Below are positions 56,686 through 64,000 of a stretch of 64,000 nucleotides of DNA, piece by piece. The stretch comes from Christensenellaceae bacterium. GTDB lineage: Bacteria; Bacillota; Clostridia; Christensenellales; Borkfalkiaceae. The stretch is taken from assembly GCA_045542055.1 (NCBI GenBank), contig JAZQKH010000021.1:7963-71962 (forward strand), written 5' to 3'. Made by a program: the position numbers and the translations under genes. Below the pieces are notes generated by a model. The model searched no databases. It saw only the letters and a list, made by a program, of their open reading frames with translations, and was not told the DNA's origin. The first letter of the stretch is position 1. Each line of letters starts with the position of its first letter.

Positions 56686-56798
56686 TGGGTATAAGAAAGT
56701 TAAAAACTTTCCCCTCCTTTAACTACTGTTTATTCTACTACAACTATTAAAAAAAGTAAATAACTTTTAACGCAATTTATCAATAATTTTTTAACCTT

Positions 56799-57422
56799 TT
56801 AAGCGTTAAATAAATCGGCTTCTACTTGTGCGCAAATTGCGTGATAAATTGGTAAGTGATATTCTTGCACTAAGTAAGTATCAAATGCGGGCGCAACTAT
56901 AACTACGTCTGAAACTTTTGACAGTTTACCGCCGTCTTTACCCGTTAAGCCTATTACCTTTAAGCCGAGCGTTTTTGCAACCGACACGGCTTTAAGCACG
57001 TTGGAAGAATTGCCCGAAGTTGATATTGCAACGAACACGTCCCCCGCTTTACCAAGCGAAAACACAAGCTGAGCAAACGCCATTTCGTAACCAACGTCGT
57101 TACTAAACGCCGTCATGCCACTAATCAATGCGGTTAACGGTATTGCTTGAACGCCTTCTTGCAAAGCATCAATCTCCGTTTGCTTTAATACACCGTCAAA
57201 AAGTTTTGCCTTATCGCTATCCATTGGGCGTTTTGATATAAAACCTTTTAGAAGCTCGCCCGACATATGTTCGCTATCGGCAGCACTGCCACCGTTACCT
57301 GCTATTAAAATTTTTTTACCACTTTTATAAGCGTCTTCTATCACTTGAACGGCATCTAAGATAGCCTGTTTTTGAGTGCTCAGTTTAGGAAATCTTTCAA
57401 CTAACTTTTCTACGTAATTCAT
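56799..57422 (-). CDS. gmhA: SIS-domain protein, D-sedoheptulose-7-phosphate isomerase-like
   Basis: It has GNGGSAADSEHMSGELL and AISTSGNS. Start set at Met11 with AAGGAG upstream. Confidence 0.6.
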   Translation of the reverse strand: MNYVEKLVERFPKLSTQKQAILDAVQVIEDAYKSGKKILIAGNGGSAADSEHMSGELLKGFISKRPMDSDKAKLFDGVLKQTEIDALQEGVQAIPLTALISGMTAFSNDVGYEMAFAQLVFSLGKAGDVFVAISTSGNSSNVLKAVSVAKTLGLKVIGLTGKDGGKLSKVSDVVIVAPAFDTYLVQEYHLPIYHAICAQVEADLFNA

Positions 57423-57439
57423 TTGCTTAACTCCTTTTA

Positions 57440-58372
57440 TTAGTCTTCGCATAGGTCGGTGGACAAATATCTGTCACCCGAATCGGGTAAAATAACCACG
57501 ATAACTTTATTTTCATACTCGTCCATTTTAGCAAGTTCAACTGCGACCGATAAACTTGCGCCCGAAGATATCCCTACGAAAACGCCTTCGGTTTTAGCAA
57601 TTAGCCTTGCATAATCTATTGCGTTTTTATCGGATACCGTCTTGACTAAATCAACCACGCTTGCATCGTAGTTCTTAGGTAAAAAGTTTGCGCCTATACC
57701 TTGTATGCCGTGGCTACCACTTTTACCTTGAGTTATCACGGGCGAACTTTCCGGCTCTACGCCGACGGTTATAATATTATGGTTTTGCTCTTTTAAAAAT
57801 CGTGCCGTACCTATAAGCGTACCCGCACTACCTACGCCGGCAACCAAGCAGTCAACAGCCCCGTCGGTATCACGCCAAATCTCAAAACCCGTGGTTTGAT
57901 AGTGGGCTTTTGGGTTTGCGGGGTTTACAAACTGCCCCAAAATAATACTGTTTGGGGTGGATTTTTGAATTTCTTCCGCCCTGTCTATTGCGCCCTTCAT
58001 ACCGAGTTTGCCGTCTGTTAACACTACGGTTGCGCCGTACGCCTTAAGAAAGGCTATACGTTCACGGCTCATACTGTTCGGCATTACTAATACTGCTTTT
58101 AAGCCAAGGCTTGCAGATAGCGACGCCAAACCTATACCAGTGTTGCCACTCGTCGGCTCTATTACCGTCCCCCCGCAAGTTATTTTGCCATTATTAAGGG
58201 CGTCCTCAAGCATTCCTAATACAGCCCTATCTTTTACGCTACCCGTAGGGTTAAAATATTCAAGCTTAGCCAAGATGCGACCTTTAAGACCTAGTTCTTT
58301 TGCCAAGTTTTTAAGTTCTAACAAGGGGGTATTACCCACCAGTTGTTTAACCGAATTATATACCTTCATCAT
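57440..58372 (-). CDS. cysK: Cysteine synthase A (O-acetylserine sulfhydrylase)
   Basis: It has GNTPLLEL, NPTGSVKDR (PLP Lys) and TSGNTGI. Start at the ATGATG, inside the 3' end of the upstream gene. Confidence 0.9.
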   Translation of the reverse strand: MMKVYNSVKQLVGNTPLLELKNLAKELGLKGRILAKLEYFNPTGSVKDRAVLGMLEDALNNGKITCGGTVIEPTSGNTGIGLASLSASLGLKAVLVMPNSMSRERIAFLKAYGATVVLTDGKLGMKGAIDRAEEIQKSTPNSIILGQFVNPANPKAHYQTTGFEIWRDTDGAVDCLVAGVGSAGTLIGTARFLKEQNHNIITVGVEPESSPVITQGKSGSHGIQGIGANFLPKNYDASVVDLVKTVSDKNAIDYARLIAKTEGVFVGISSGASLSVAVELAKMDEYENKVIVVILPDSGDRYLSTDLCED

Positions 58373-58835
58373 TTTTATTAACACTTTCAATTTTTGCTTG
58401 TATTTTTCCGTTTGTAACGTCAACGATTGCATACGTTGGGTGTGAAAACGCCGTCATGTTGCCTGGGTTTACGAAGGTTACGCCGTTATATTCAATAACT
58501 TCAGCATAGTGGGTATGCCCGAACAAAACAAGTTGACAATTTTCTTCACGGGCTTTAATAGATAATGCAGTAAGCGAACTTTTAACGTGATACTTGTTGC
58601 CGTGCACTGCCATTATTTTAACGCCGTCTATGGTTAAAAATATAGGTTCGCCACCAAAGTCGCAGTTACCTTTAACTCGGTATAATTTATCGCCAATCAA
58701 GTCGGTAAAGGCGTTCATATCAACGTAGTAATCACCCAAATGAAACACGTAGTCGCACCTATCGAATAGGTGGCTTATTTGCCTAATATTATCTATCTGT
58801 CCGTGAGTATCCGAAAGGACTAAAAGTTTAGCCAT
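58356..58835 (-). CDS. Metallophosphoesterase, YfcE / MJ0936 family (second copy in window)
   Basis: It has LLVLSDTHG, HLGDY and GHTH motifs; 159 aa. Confidence 0.8.
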   Translation of the reverse strand: MAKLLVLSDTHGQIDNIRQISHLFDRCDYVFHLGDYYVDMNAFTDLIGDKLYRVKGNCDFGGEPIFLTIDGVKIMAVHGNKYHVKSSLTALSIKAREENCQLVLFGHTHYAEVIEYNGVTFVNPGNMTAFSHPTYAIVDVTNGKIQAKIESVNKNDEGI

Positions 58836-59403
58836 TAAGTTTCTCCATAAGTGCCTTTAACGCTCTACTGCGATGGCTTATAGAATTTTTTTCTTCATCT
58901 TGGGCCACACCTAAACCCTTTTGCAAGTCATCGCTAAAAAAAATACAATCATAGCCGAACCCGTTGTTGCCTTCAGGGGCTTGCATAACCTGTCCGTGAG
59001 TTTCGCCAAGTGTTGTAATAACGTTGCCGTCCGGGGTGTAATACACCATACAGCACACGAACTTGGCACGCCTATCGGTTACGCCTTGCATGTTTTTAAG
59101 CAAAAGTTCGTTGTTATGCTCGTCAACGCCGTCGCCTGCGTACCTTGCCGAATATATACCCGGTTGACCGCCTAAGGCTTCGACTACTATACCACTATCA
59201 TCCGCTAAGGCGGGCTTACCCAACCTTTCGCATACGGTTTTTGCTTTTATTAAAGCGTTCTCAAAAAAAGTTTTGCCGTTTTCTTCTATTTCAAAGTCTA
59301 AGCCGAAGTCTTTATAACCGACAACGTTATAGCCCTTTAACATTTCTTGAATTTCTTTAAGTTTACCTTTGTTGCCCGAAGCAACCACTATGGTTTTATC
59401 CAC
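58828..59403 (-). CDS. rdgB: Non-canonical purine NTP pyrophosphatase (RdgB/HAM1 family)
   Basis: It has VVASGNKGKLKE, FGYDCIFF and SHRSRA. Confidence 0.9.
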   Translation of the reverse strand: MDKTIVVASGNKGKLKEIQEMLKGYNVVGYKDFGLDFEIEENGKTFFENALIKAKTVCERLGKPALADDSGIVVEALGGQPGIYSARYAGDGVDEHNNELLLKNMQGVTDRRAKFVCCMVYYTPDGNVITTLGETHGQVMQAPEGNNGFGYDCIFFSDDLQKGLGVAQDEEKNSISHRSRALKALMEKLNG

Positions 59404-59406
59404 TTC

Positions 59407-60237
59407 TTACCCCTTAAAAATCACTTGGCTTAGTTTTACAAACTGCTCGGCAGATAAATTTTCCGCCCTATCGGTTAATTTAACGCCCGCTTCTATCAGC
59501 ACGTTTTCCGCCGCCGTTCTATTGAGTTTGAAAAAATTCATTAGGTTGTTTACAAGCATCTTTCTACGGCTTGAAAACCCTGCCCTAACCACTTGACGCA
59601 CCTTTTCCAAGTCAACGCCTGCGAACTTGTTGCTATCAACGTCTATCTTCACTACTGCCGAATCAACGTTTGGTGGTGGCGTAAACATTTGCCTTGGTAC
59701 GTATTCGATAATATTAGCACTTCCACGAAGGTTAATCGCCACGGTAATTGCACCGTATGCGGTATTTGAAGGCGGTGCGCAAAACCTATCGGCGACTTCT
59801 TCTTGCACCATTATGATTAGCGCCTTAATTTTGGTAGACTGCTCTAAAAAACGCATTACTATTGGTGTGGTTATATAATATGGAAGGTTGGCAACCATAA
59901 TATAACCGTCGCCAAGCTTATCTTCAATAGTGGCAAGGCTTTCTTTTAAAACGTCCTTAAAAACTATTTGCACGTTAGACTTGTCGCCCACCGTTTGCTC
60001 TAAAACGGGTTTTAGGCGGGTATCGATTTCGTAGCCCAATACCTTTTTGGCTTTTTTTGCAAGTTCACAAGTTAACGCACCCGCACCACAACCGATTTCT
60101 AAAACAGCCGTTTGGTCGGTTACGCCCGCCTTTTCAACTATTCGGGATAAAAGCGAAACGTCTGTTAAAAAATTTTGACCGTATTGCTTTTTAAGTTGAA
60201 CGCCGTGCTTATTTAGTAAGCCTTTCAAGTTTTCCAT
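59407..60237 (-). CDS. rsmA: 16S rRNA (adenine1518/1519-N6)-dimethyltransferase
   Basis: It has KKQYGQNFL, the SAM motif LEIGCGAGALT and NLPYYITTP. Confidence 0.95.
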   Translation of the reverse strand: MENLKGLLNKHGVQLKKQYGQNFLTDVSLLSRIVEKAGVTDQTAVLEIGCGAGALTCELAKKAKKVLGYEIDTRLKPVLEQTVGDKSNVQIVFKDVLKESLATIEDKLGDGYIMVANLPYYITTPIVMRFLEQSTKIKALIIMVQEEVADRFCAPPSNTAYGAITVAINLRGSANIIEYVPRQMFTPPPNVDSAVVKIDVDSNKFAGVDLEKVRQVVRAGFSSRRKMLVNNLMNFFKLNRTAAENVLIEAGVKLTDRAENLSAEQFVKLSQVIFKG

Positions 60238-60393
60238 AAATTACCTTATAATTGTTTTAATTTAGCGCATAAAGGCTAAGTTAACGTGCCATACTTAATT
60301 ACGTAAAGAGAAATCTTTACAACGTCATTATACCAATGATAATTAGTTTATAGGGTAAAGCCGTAACAATTTACGGCTTTATTCTATTTTAAA

Positions 60394-61167
60394 CTATTTA
60401 ATTTTATAAAATAATCTTTTTGCGTTTGCCATTATGGTGGTTGCAAGATTAGTTAGTTCCACCCCACGAAGCTCGGAAAGTTTTGCCGTTATAACGGGTA
60501 CGTTATGCGGGGTGTTACGTGTTCCCCTATACGGATGCGGTGCTAAAAAAGGACTATCCGTTTCAGTTAAAATTCTATCTTCTGGAACGAACTTAGCAAC
60601 GTCTAAAATCTTGTTGGCGTTCTTAAACGTCACCGTCCCGCCAAACGAAATATAAAAACCTAAGTCTAGCAAGATTTTTGCAGTTTCACAACTGCCCGCA
60701 AAGCAGTGAAGCACACCGCCCGCCGTAAGAGTGTTCTTATACGCTTTTAGAATATCAACCACGTCTTTAGTCGCTTCACGCATATGCACGGATACGGGCA
60801 ATTTTACTTTGCCTGCTAAATCTAACTGCTTAGTAAAAACGTCTATTTGCTTTTGCCTATCGTAACCTTCCCAATAAAAATCCAAACCTATCTCACCTAT
60901 CGCTACGCACTTAGGGTGGTTGGAATAAGCAATTATTTGGTCAGTCTGCCCGTCGTCAAAAGCGTCAACGTCAGACGGATGAAAGCCTACGCCAAAATAT
61001 ATCCCTTCGTATTTTTCTGAAAGGTTTTTACCTATCTTGGCACAGTCTAAATTGCAAGCCATATCGATAGCAACCGTTACCCCTGCAAACGACGTTTGCT
61101 TAATAACGGCGTCCATATCGCTATTAAAGGCACTATCGTGAAGGTGGCAGTGTGTATCAACGAACAT
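60394..61167 (-). CDS. tatD: TatD-family metal-dependent hydrolase
   Basis: It has FVDTHCHL, AIGEIGLD, SVHMR and ETDSPFL. Confidence 0.9.
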   Translation of the reverse strand: MFVDTHCHLHDSAFNSDMDAVIKQTSFAGVTVAIDMACNLDCAKIGKNLSEKYEGIYFGVGFHPSDVDAFDDGQTDQIIAYSNHPKCVAIGEIGLDFYWEGYDRQKQIDVFTKQLDLAGKVKLPVSVHMREATKDVVDILKAYKNTLTAGGVLHCFAGSCETAKILLDLGFYISFGGTVTFKNANKILDVAKFVPEDRILTETDSPFLAPHPYRGTRNTPHNVPVITAKLSELRGVELTNLATTIMANAKRLFYKIK

Positions 61168-63113
61168 TAGAACACCTGACTGCCGTCTTCAATATCCTTT
61201 TCTGGCGTTAAGAAGGCAAGTTTACCTTCGGCGTTTTCGGCACAAATTATCATACCTTCAGAAACTATTCCGCAAAGTTTTGCAGGTTTAAGATTGGTTA
61301 CCATAACGAGTTTTTTGCCAACCATATCTTCGGGGGCGTAAGCAAGTGCTATACCGCTTACCACCGTGCGTGTTTCTTCGCCAATCTTGACGGTAAGTTT
61401 TAATAGTTTTTTGCTCTTTTCAACCTTTTCGCAAGCAGTTACTAAAGCGACCTTTAATTCCACTTTGCTAAAATCTTCAAATTCTATTTGGGGTTTAGAA
61501 GCCTTTTCTTCTAAGGCGGGTTTTTCAGACGCTTTTTCTTTTCTTGATTCTATCATCTTTTCCACTTCTTCTAAAACGGGTTTAGGGTCAATTCTTGCAA
61601 ATAAGATTTCAGGCTTTTCGGTTACTTTTGCACTGCCAAGCAACCCGAATTTATCAGCATCGTCAAACGCTCTTGCGCTTGCACCTAACATATCCAAAGT
61701 CTTTTGGCAGGTTTCGGGCATAAATGGTGCTAAAAGCGACGCACCTATCACGATGCTTTCGGTAAGGTTATATAGCACGGTTGCAAGTCTATCTTTTTTA
61801 CTCTCATCCTTTGCTAATACCCAAGGCATAGTTTCGTCAATATATTTGTTCGCTCTACGGAACAAGGTGAAGATTTCGCCCATAGCGTCTGAAACCTTCC
61901 ACTCGTTCATCTTGGCAAGGCATCTTGAATAGGTTGACTTAGCAACGCTAATAAGTTCTTCGTCAACGGGTTCTCTTGCGCCCTTATCTTCAACCACGCC
62001 GCCAAAATACTTGTTGCTCATCGCAATGGTTCTTGAAACTAAGTTGCCAAAAACGTTTGCCAAATCGCTGTTTATAGTATCAATAATCATTTGCCAAGAG
62101 ATTAAGCCGTCGTTGTCTTGTGGCATAGCGTTTAAAACGTAATACCTTACGGCGTATTTACCAAAGAATTTTACCAAGCCGTCAGCGTAAATAACGTTGG
62201 CCTTGGACTTACTCATCTTGTCGCCTTCTTGCAACAACCAACCGTGGCCGTATACTTGCTTGGGAAGTGGCAAATCTAACGCCATTAAGAAGATTGGCCA
62301 ATATATTGTGTGGAATCTGATGATATCTTTACCTATTACGTGAGTGGTGTTTTGCCAATATTCGTTATATAAAGCGTCGTGATTGCCGTCGGCATCGTAG
62401 CCTAAACCGGTAATGTAATTGGTAAGTGCGTCAAGCCACACGTAAACCACGTGCTTATCGTCAAAATCAACGGGTATGCCCCACTTGAAAGAACTTCTTG
62501 ACACGCAAAGGTCTTGAAGACCAGGTTTTAAGAAGTTGTTAACCATTTCGTTCTTGCGTGATACCGGCACGATAAAGTCGGGGTGGTCTTCGTAATATTG
62601 CATTAATCTATCGGCGTACTTGCTCATCTTAAAAAAGTACGCTTCTTCTTTTGCCTTAACTACTTCTCTGCCACAGTCGGGGCATTTGCCGTCTATAAGT
62701 TGACTGTCCGTCCAAAAAGATTCGCAAGGCGTGCAATAAGAACCCTCGTAAGCACCCTTATAAATATCGCCCTTTTCGTAAAGTTTTTTGAATATCTTTT
62801 GAACTTGCGCTTGGTGATATGGGTCGGTGGTACGAATAAACTTATCGTAAGAAACGCCCACTTGCGCCCAAATATCTTTTATAATATCGGCAACGCCGTC
62901 AACGAATTGCTTGGGTGTAGTGCCTGCATTTTTTGCCTTTTCTTCTATTTTTTGACCGTGTTCGTCAGTACCCGTTTGAAAACGCACGTCGTAACCTTCC
63001 AAACGGCGAAACCTTGCCATACTGTCGGTTAAAATTGCTTCGTAGGTGTTGCCTATATGGGGTTTACCTGAAGTGTATGCGATTGCGGTTGTAATATAAT
63101 ATTTGCCTTTCAC
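61167..63113 (-). CDS. metG: Methionine--tRNA ligase with C-terminal tRNA-binding (EMAPII-like) domain
   Basis: It has HIGN (class I HIGH), KMSKS and a CPxC...CPDC zinc knuckle. GTG start is preceded by AGAGG. Confidence 0.95.
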   Translation of the reverse strand: MKGKYYITTAIAYTSGKPHIGNTYEAILTDSMARFRRLEGYDVRFQTGTDEHGQKIEEKAKNAGTTPKQFVDGVADIIKDIWAQVGVSYDKFIRTTDPYHQAQVQKIFKKLYEKGDIYKGAYEGSYCTPCESFWTDSQLIDGKCPDCGREVVKAKEEAYFFKMSKYADRLMQYYEDHPDFIVPVSRKNEMVNNFLKPGLQDLCVSRSSFKWGIPVDFDDKHVVYVWLDALTNYITGLGYDADGNHDALYNEYWQNTTHVIGKDIIRFHTIYWPIFLMALDLPLPKQVYGHGWLLQEGDKMSKSKANVIYADGLVKFFGKYAVRYYVLNAMPQDNDGLISWQMIIDTINSDLANVFGNLVSRTIAMSNKYFGGVVEDKGAREPVDEELISVAKSTYSRCLAKMNEWKVSDAMGEIFTLFRRANKYIDETMPWVLAKDESKKDRLATVLYNLTESIVIGASLLAPFMPETCQKTLDMLGASARAFDDADKFGLLGSAKVTEKPEILFARIDPKPVLEEVEKMIESRKEKASEKPALEEKASKPQIEFEDFSKVELKVALVTACEKVEKSKKLLKLTVKIGEETRTVVSGIALAYAPEDMVGKKLVMVTNLKPAKLCGIVSEGMIICAENAEGKLAFLTPEKDIEDGSQVF

Positions 63114-63201
63114 AGAGTATACCTCTCTACTATAATATTCCTTATATATTTTAACACAATTTTATTTCATATTCAACAATATTACGGCATAAAGTTTTTA
63201 T

Positions 63202-63756
63202 ATGAACGTAATTTTCGGTTTACTTTTAACACTTTCAACCTTTCTTCTAATATTTTCTAGCCCAGACGCCGTACTTTCAGCTATGCTTTCGGGTGGCGAA
63301 AAGGCACTTTCTTTATCCGTTAAGATGGTCGTAGTATACGCCGTGTGGCTAGGCATATTTGAACTTTTAGAACGCAGTGGCTTAGCAAAAAAAATAGCAA
63401 GGCTTCTTAGGCCTTGCAATAGGTTTTTATTCGGCGAATTACCCGATACTGCAAACGACTATATGTCGCTTAACATTTCGGCTAATCTTTTAGGTATGAG
63501 TGGTGCAACCACGCCTATGGGCATTAAGTCGGTGCAAGAATTAGAAAAATTTCCAAACACCGAATACGCCATAACGATGTTTTTCGTTATAAACGCTACG
63601 AGCGTTCAAGTTATACCGTCGTCGGTATTGGCACTCAGAACGAGTATGGGCTCAGCATCGCCGTCGGATATTATTTTGCCAACCATATTGGCAACTCTGC
63701 TTTCAACCGTTATAGGCGTGTTGCTAGTTAAAATCTTCGTAAAAAGGAAGGGTTAA
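63202..63756 (+). CDS. spmA: Nucleoside-recognition-domain membrane protein (spore maturation protein A-like)
   Basis: 184 aa and polytopic, with LGMSGATTPMG. It is followed 1 nt later by an spmB-like ORF. Confidence 0.7.
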   Translation: MNVIFGLLLTLSTFLLIFSSPDAVLSAMLSGGEKALSLSVKMVVVYAVWLGIFELLERSGLAKKIARLLRPCNRFLFGELPDTANDYMSLNISANLLGMSGATTPMGIKSVQELEKFPNTEYAITMFFVINATSVQVIPSSVLALRTSMGSASPSDIILPTILATLLSTVIGVLLVKIFVKRKG

Positions 63757-63757
63757 A

Positions 63758-64000
63758 ATGTCCAAGTATTTTATACCCGTTTTATTCTTTATAATTTTAA
63801 TCTTTTCGTTCGTTAAAAAGGTCAAGCCGTACGACGCTTTTACGCACGGCGCCAAGTCGGCTATACCGTTTGCAACGTCGGTTTTCCCCTACCTTGTAAG
63901 CATATTCGTTATGACCGAACTTTTTGAAATTAGTGGAATTTCCAACCACGTTACCAACTTATTATCCCCCGTTTTAGGAGTGTTCGGAATACCAAAAGAA
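63758..64000 (+). CDS. spmB: Spore maturation protein B-like membrane protein (3' end outside window)
   Basis: By my own translation from ATG 63758: MSKYFIPVLFFIILIFSFVKKVKPYDAFTHGAKSAIPFATSVFPYLVSIFVMTELFEISGI...GIPKE. The frame is open to the window end. Confidence 0.6.
   Translation, partial: MSKYFIPVLFFIILIFSFVKKVKPYDAFTHGAKSAIPFATSVFPYLVSIFVMTELFEISGISNHVTNLLSPVLGVFGIPKE

Noticed and set aside
60356-60381. The AAAGCCGTAA-caat-TTACGGCTTT hairpin downstream of tatD might be its terminator.
   Set aside because: On the tatD (minus) strand the stem is followed by ACCCUAUAA, not a U-tract. It may be a weak or processing hairpin. It is not listed as a terminator.
61366-61932. Long antisense ORFs inside well-supported genes. 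Examples are 188 aa at 61366-61932 in metG, 158 aa at 49490-49966 in trkH, 145 aa at 58008-58445 in cysK, 136 aa at 16404-16814 opposite trxA/rseC, 134 aa at 29525-29929 in rimM, and 128 aa at 35077-35463 in smc.
   Set aside because: All are Ser/Leu/Thr/Phe-rich and low in complexity, with no recognisable motifs. They lie opposite genes with strong family signatures. This is the expected by-product of codon bias on the antisense strand.
1-64000. CRISPR arrays, rRNA genes, tmRNA / RNase P / SRP RNA, prophage structural genes, and multi-gene defence or biosynthetic clusters.
   Set aside because: I saw no regularly spaced direct repeats, no rRNA-like conserved stretches and no clusters of unknown genes longer than two ORFs in either strand's reading.

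Overview
This 64-kb window comes from a low-GC Firmicute that looks Clostridia-like. The evidence is spmA/spmB, CIRCE operators, and the gene blocks dprA-topA-trmFO-hslVU, rnc-smc-ftsY and ylxM-ffh-rpsP-KH-rimM-trmD. I count about 60 tightly packed protein genes, many joined by 1-8-nt start/stop overlaps. Almost all are core housekeeping: topoisomerase IV, five aminoacyl-tRNA synthetases, SRP/FtsY, SMC, ribosome biogenesis, HslUV, HtpG/Hsp20 and Trk K+ uptake. There is also one tRNA-Leu(GAG) and one intact IS3-family insertion sequence. I found no rRNA, no CRISPR array and no convincing multi-gene defence island, so most of the window is ordinary. The points worth a second look are small. (1) A consensus promoter, a nested-helix RNA and an intrinsic terminator sit in the 413-bp gap upstream of a SLOG/DUF1273 gene. 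Every non-Watson-Crick pair is G.U only on the gene strand, so this is a candidate new leader or sRNA. (2) An intact, full-length Rho homologue has lost the Walker-A lysine, catalytic Glu, Arg finger and R-loop. It is translationally coupled to a solitary beta-class DNA methyltransferase. (3) The last 21 nt of tRNA-Leu are duplicated 173 nt downstream, with an inverted T-arm copy in between, which looks like an att-type scar. Next to it is an AT-rich XRE/small-membrane-protein module. (4) A second XRE/SHOCT-membrane-protein module is wedged between ftsY and ylxM-ffh, with an operator palindrome filling the spacer of a consensus promoter. (5) There are several unusual expression signals: a candidate leaderless trkA, a ylxM promoter whose +1 falls inside a terminator stem, and CIRCE in front of htpG and hsp20. 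All function calls rest on motif recognition by eye in the supplied translations. No database search was run.
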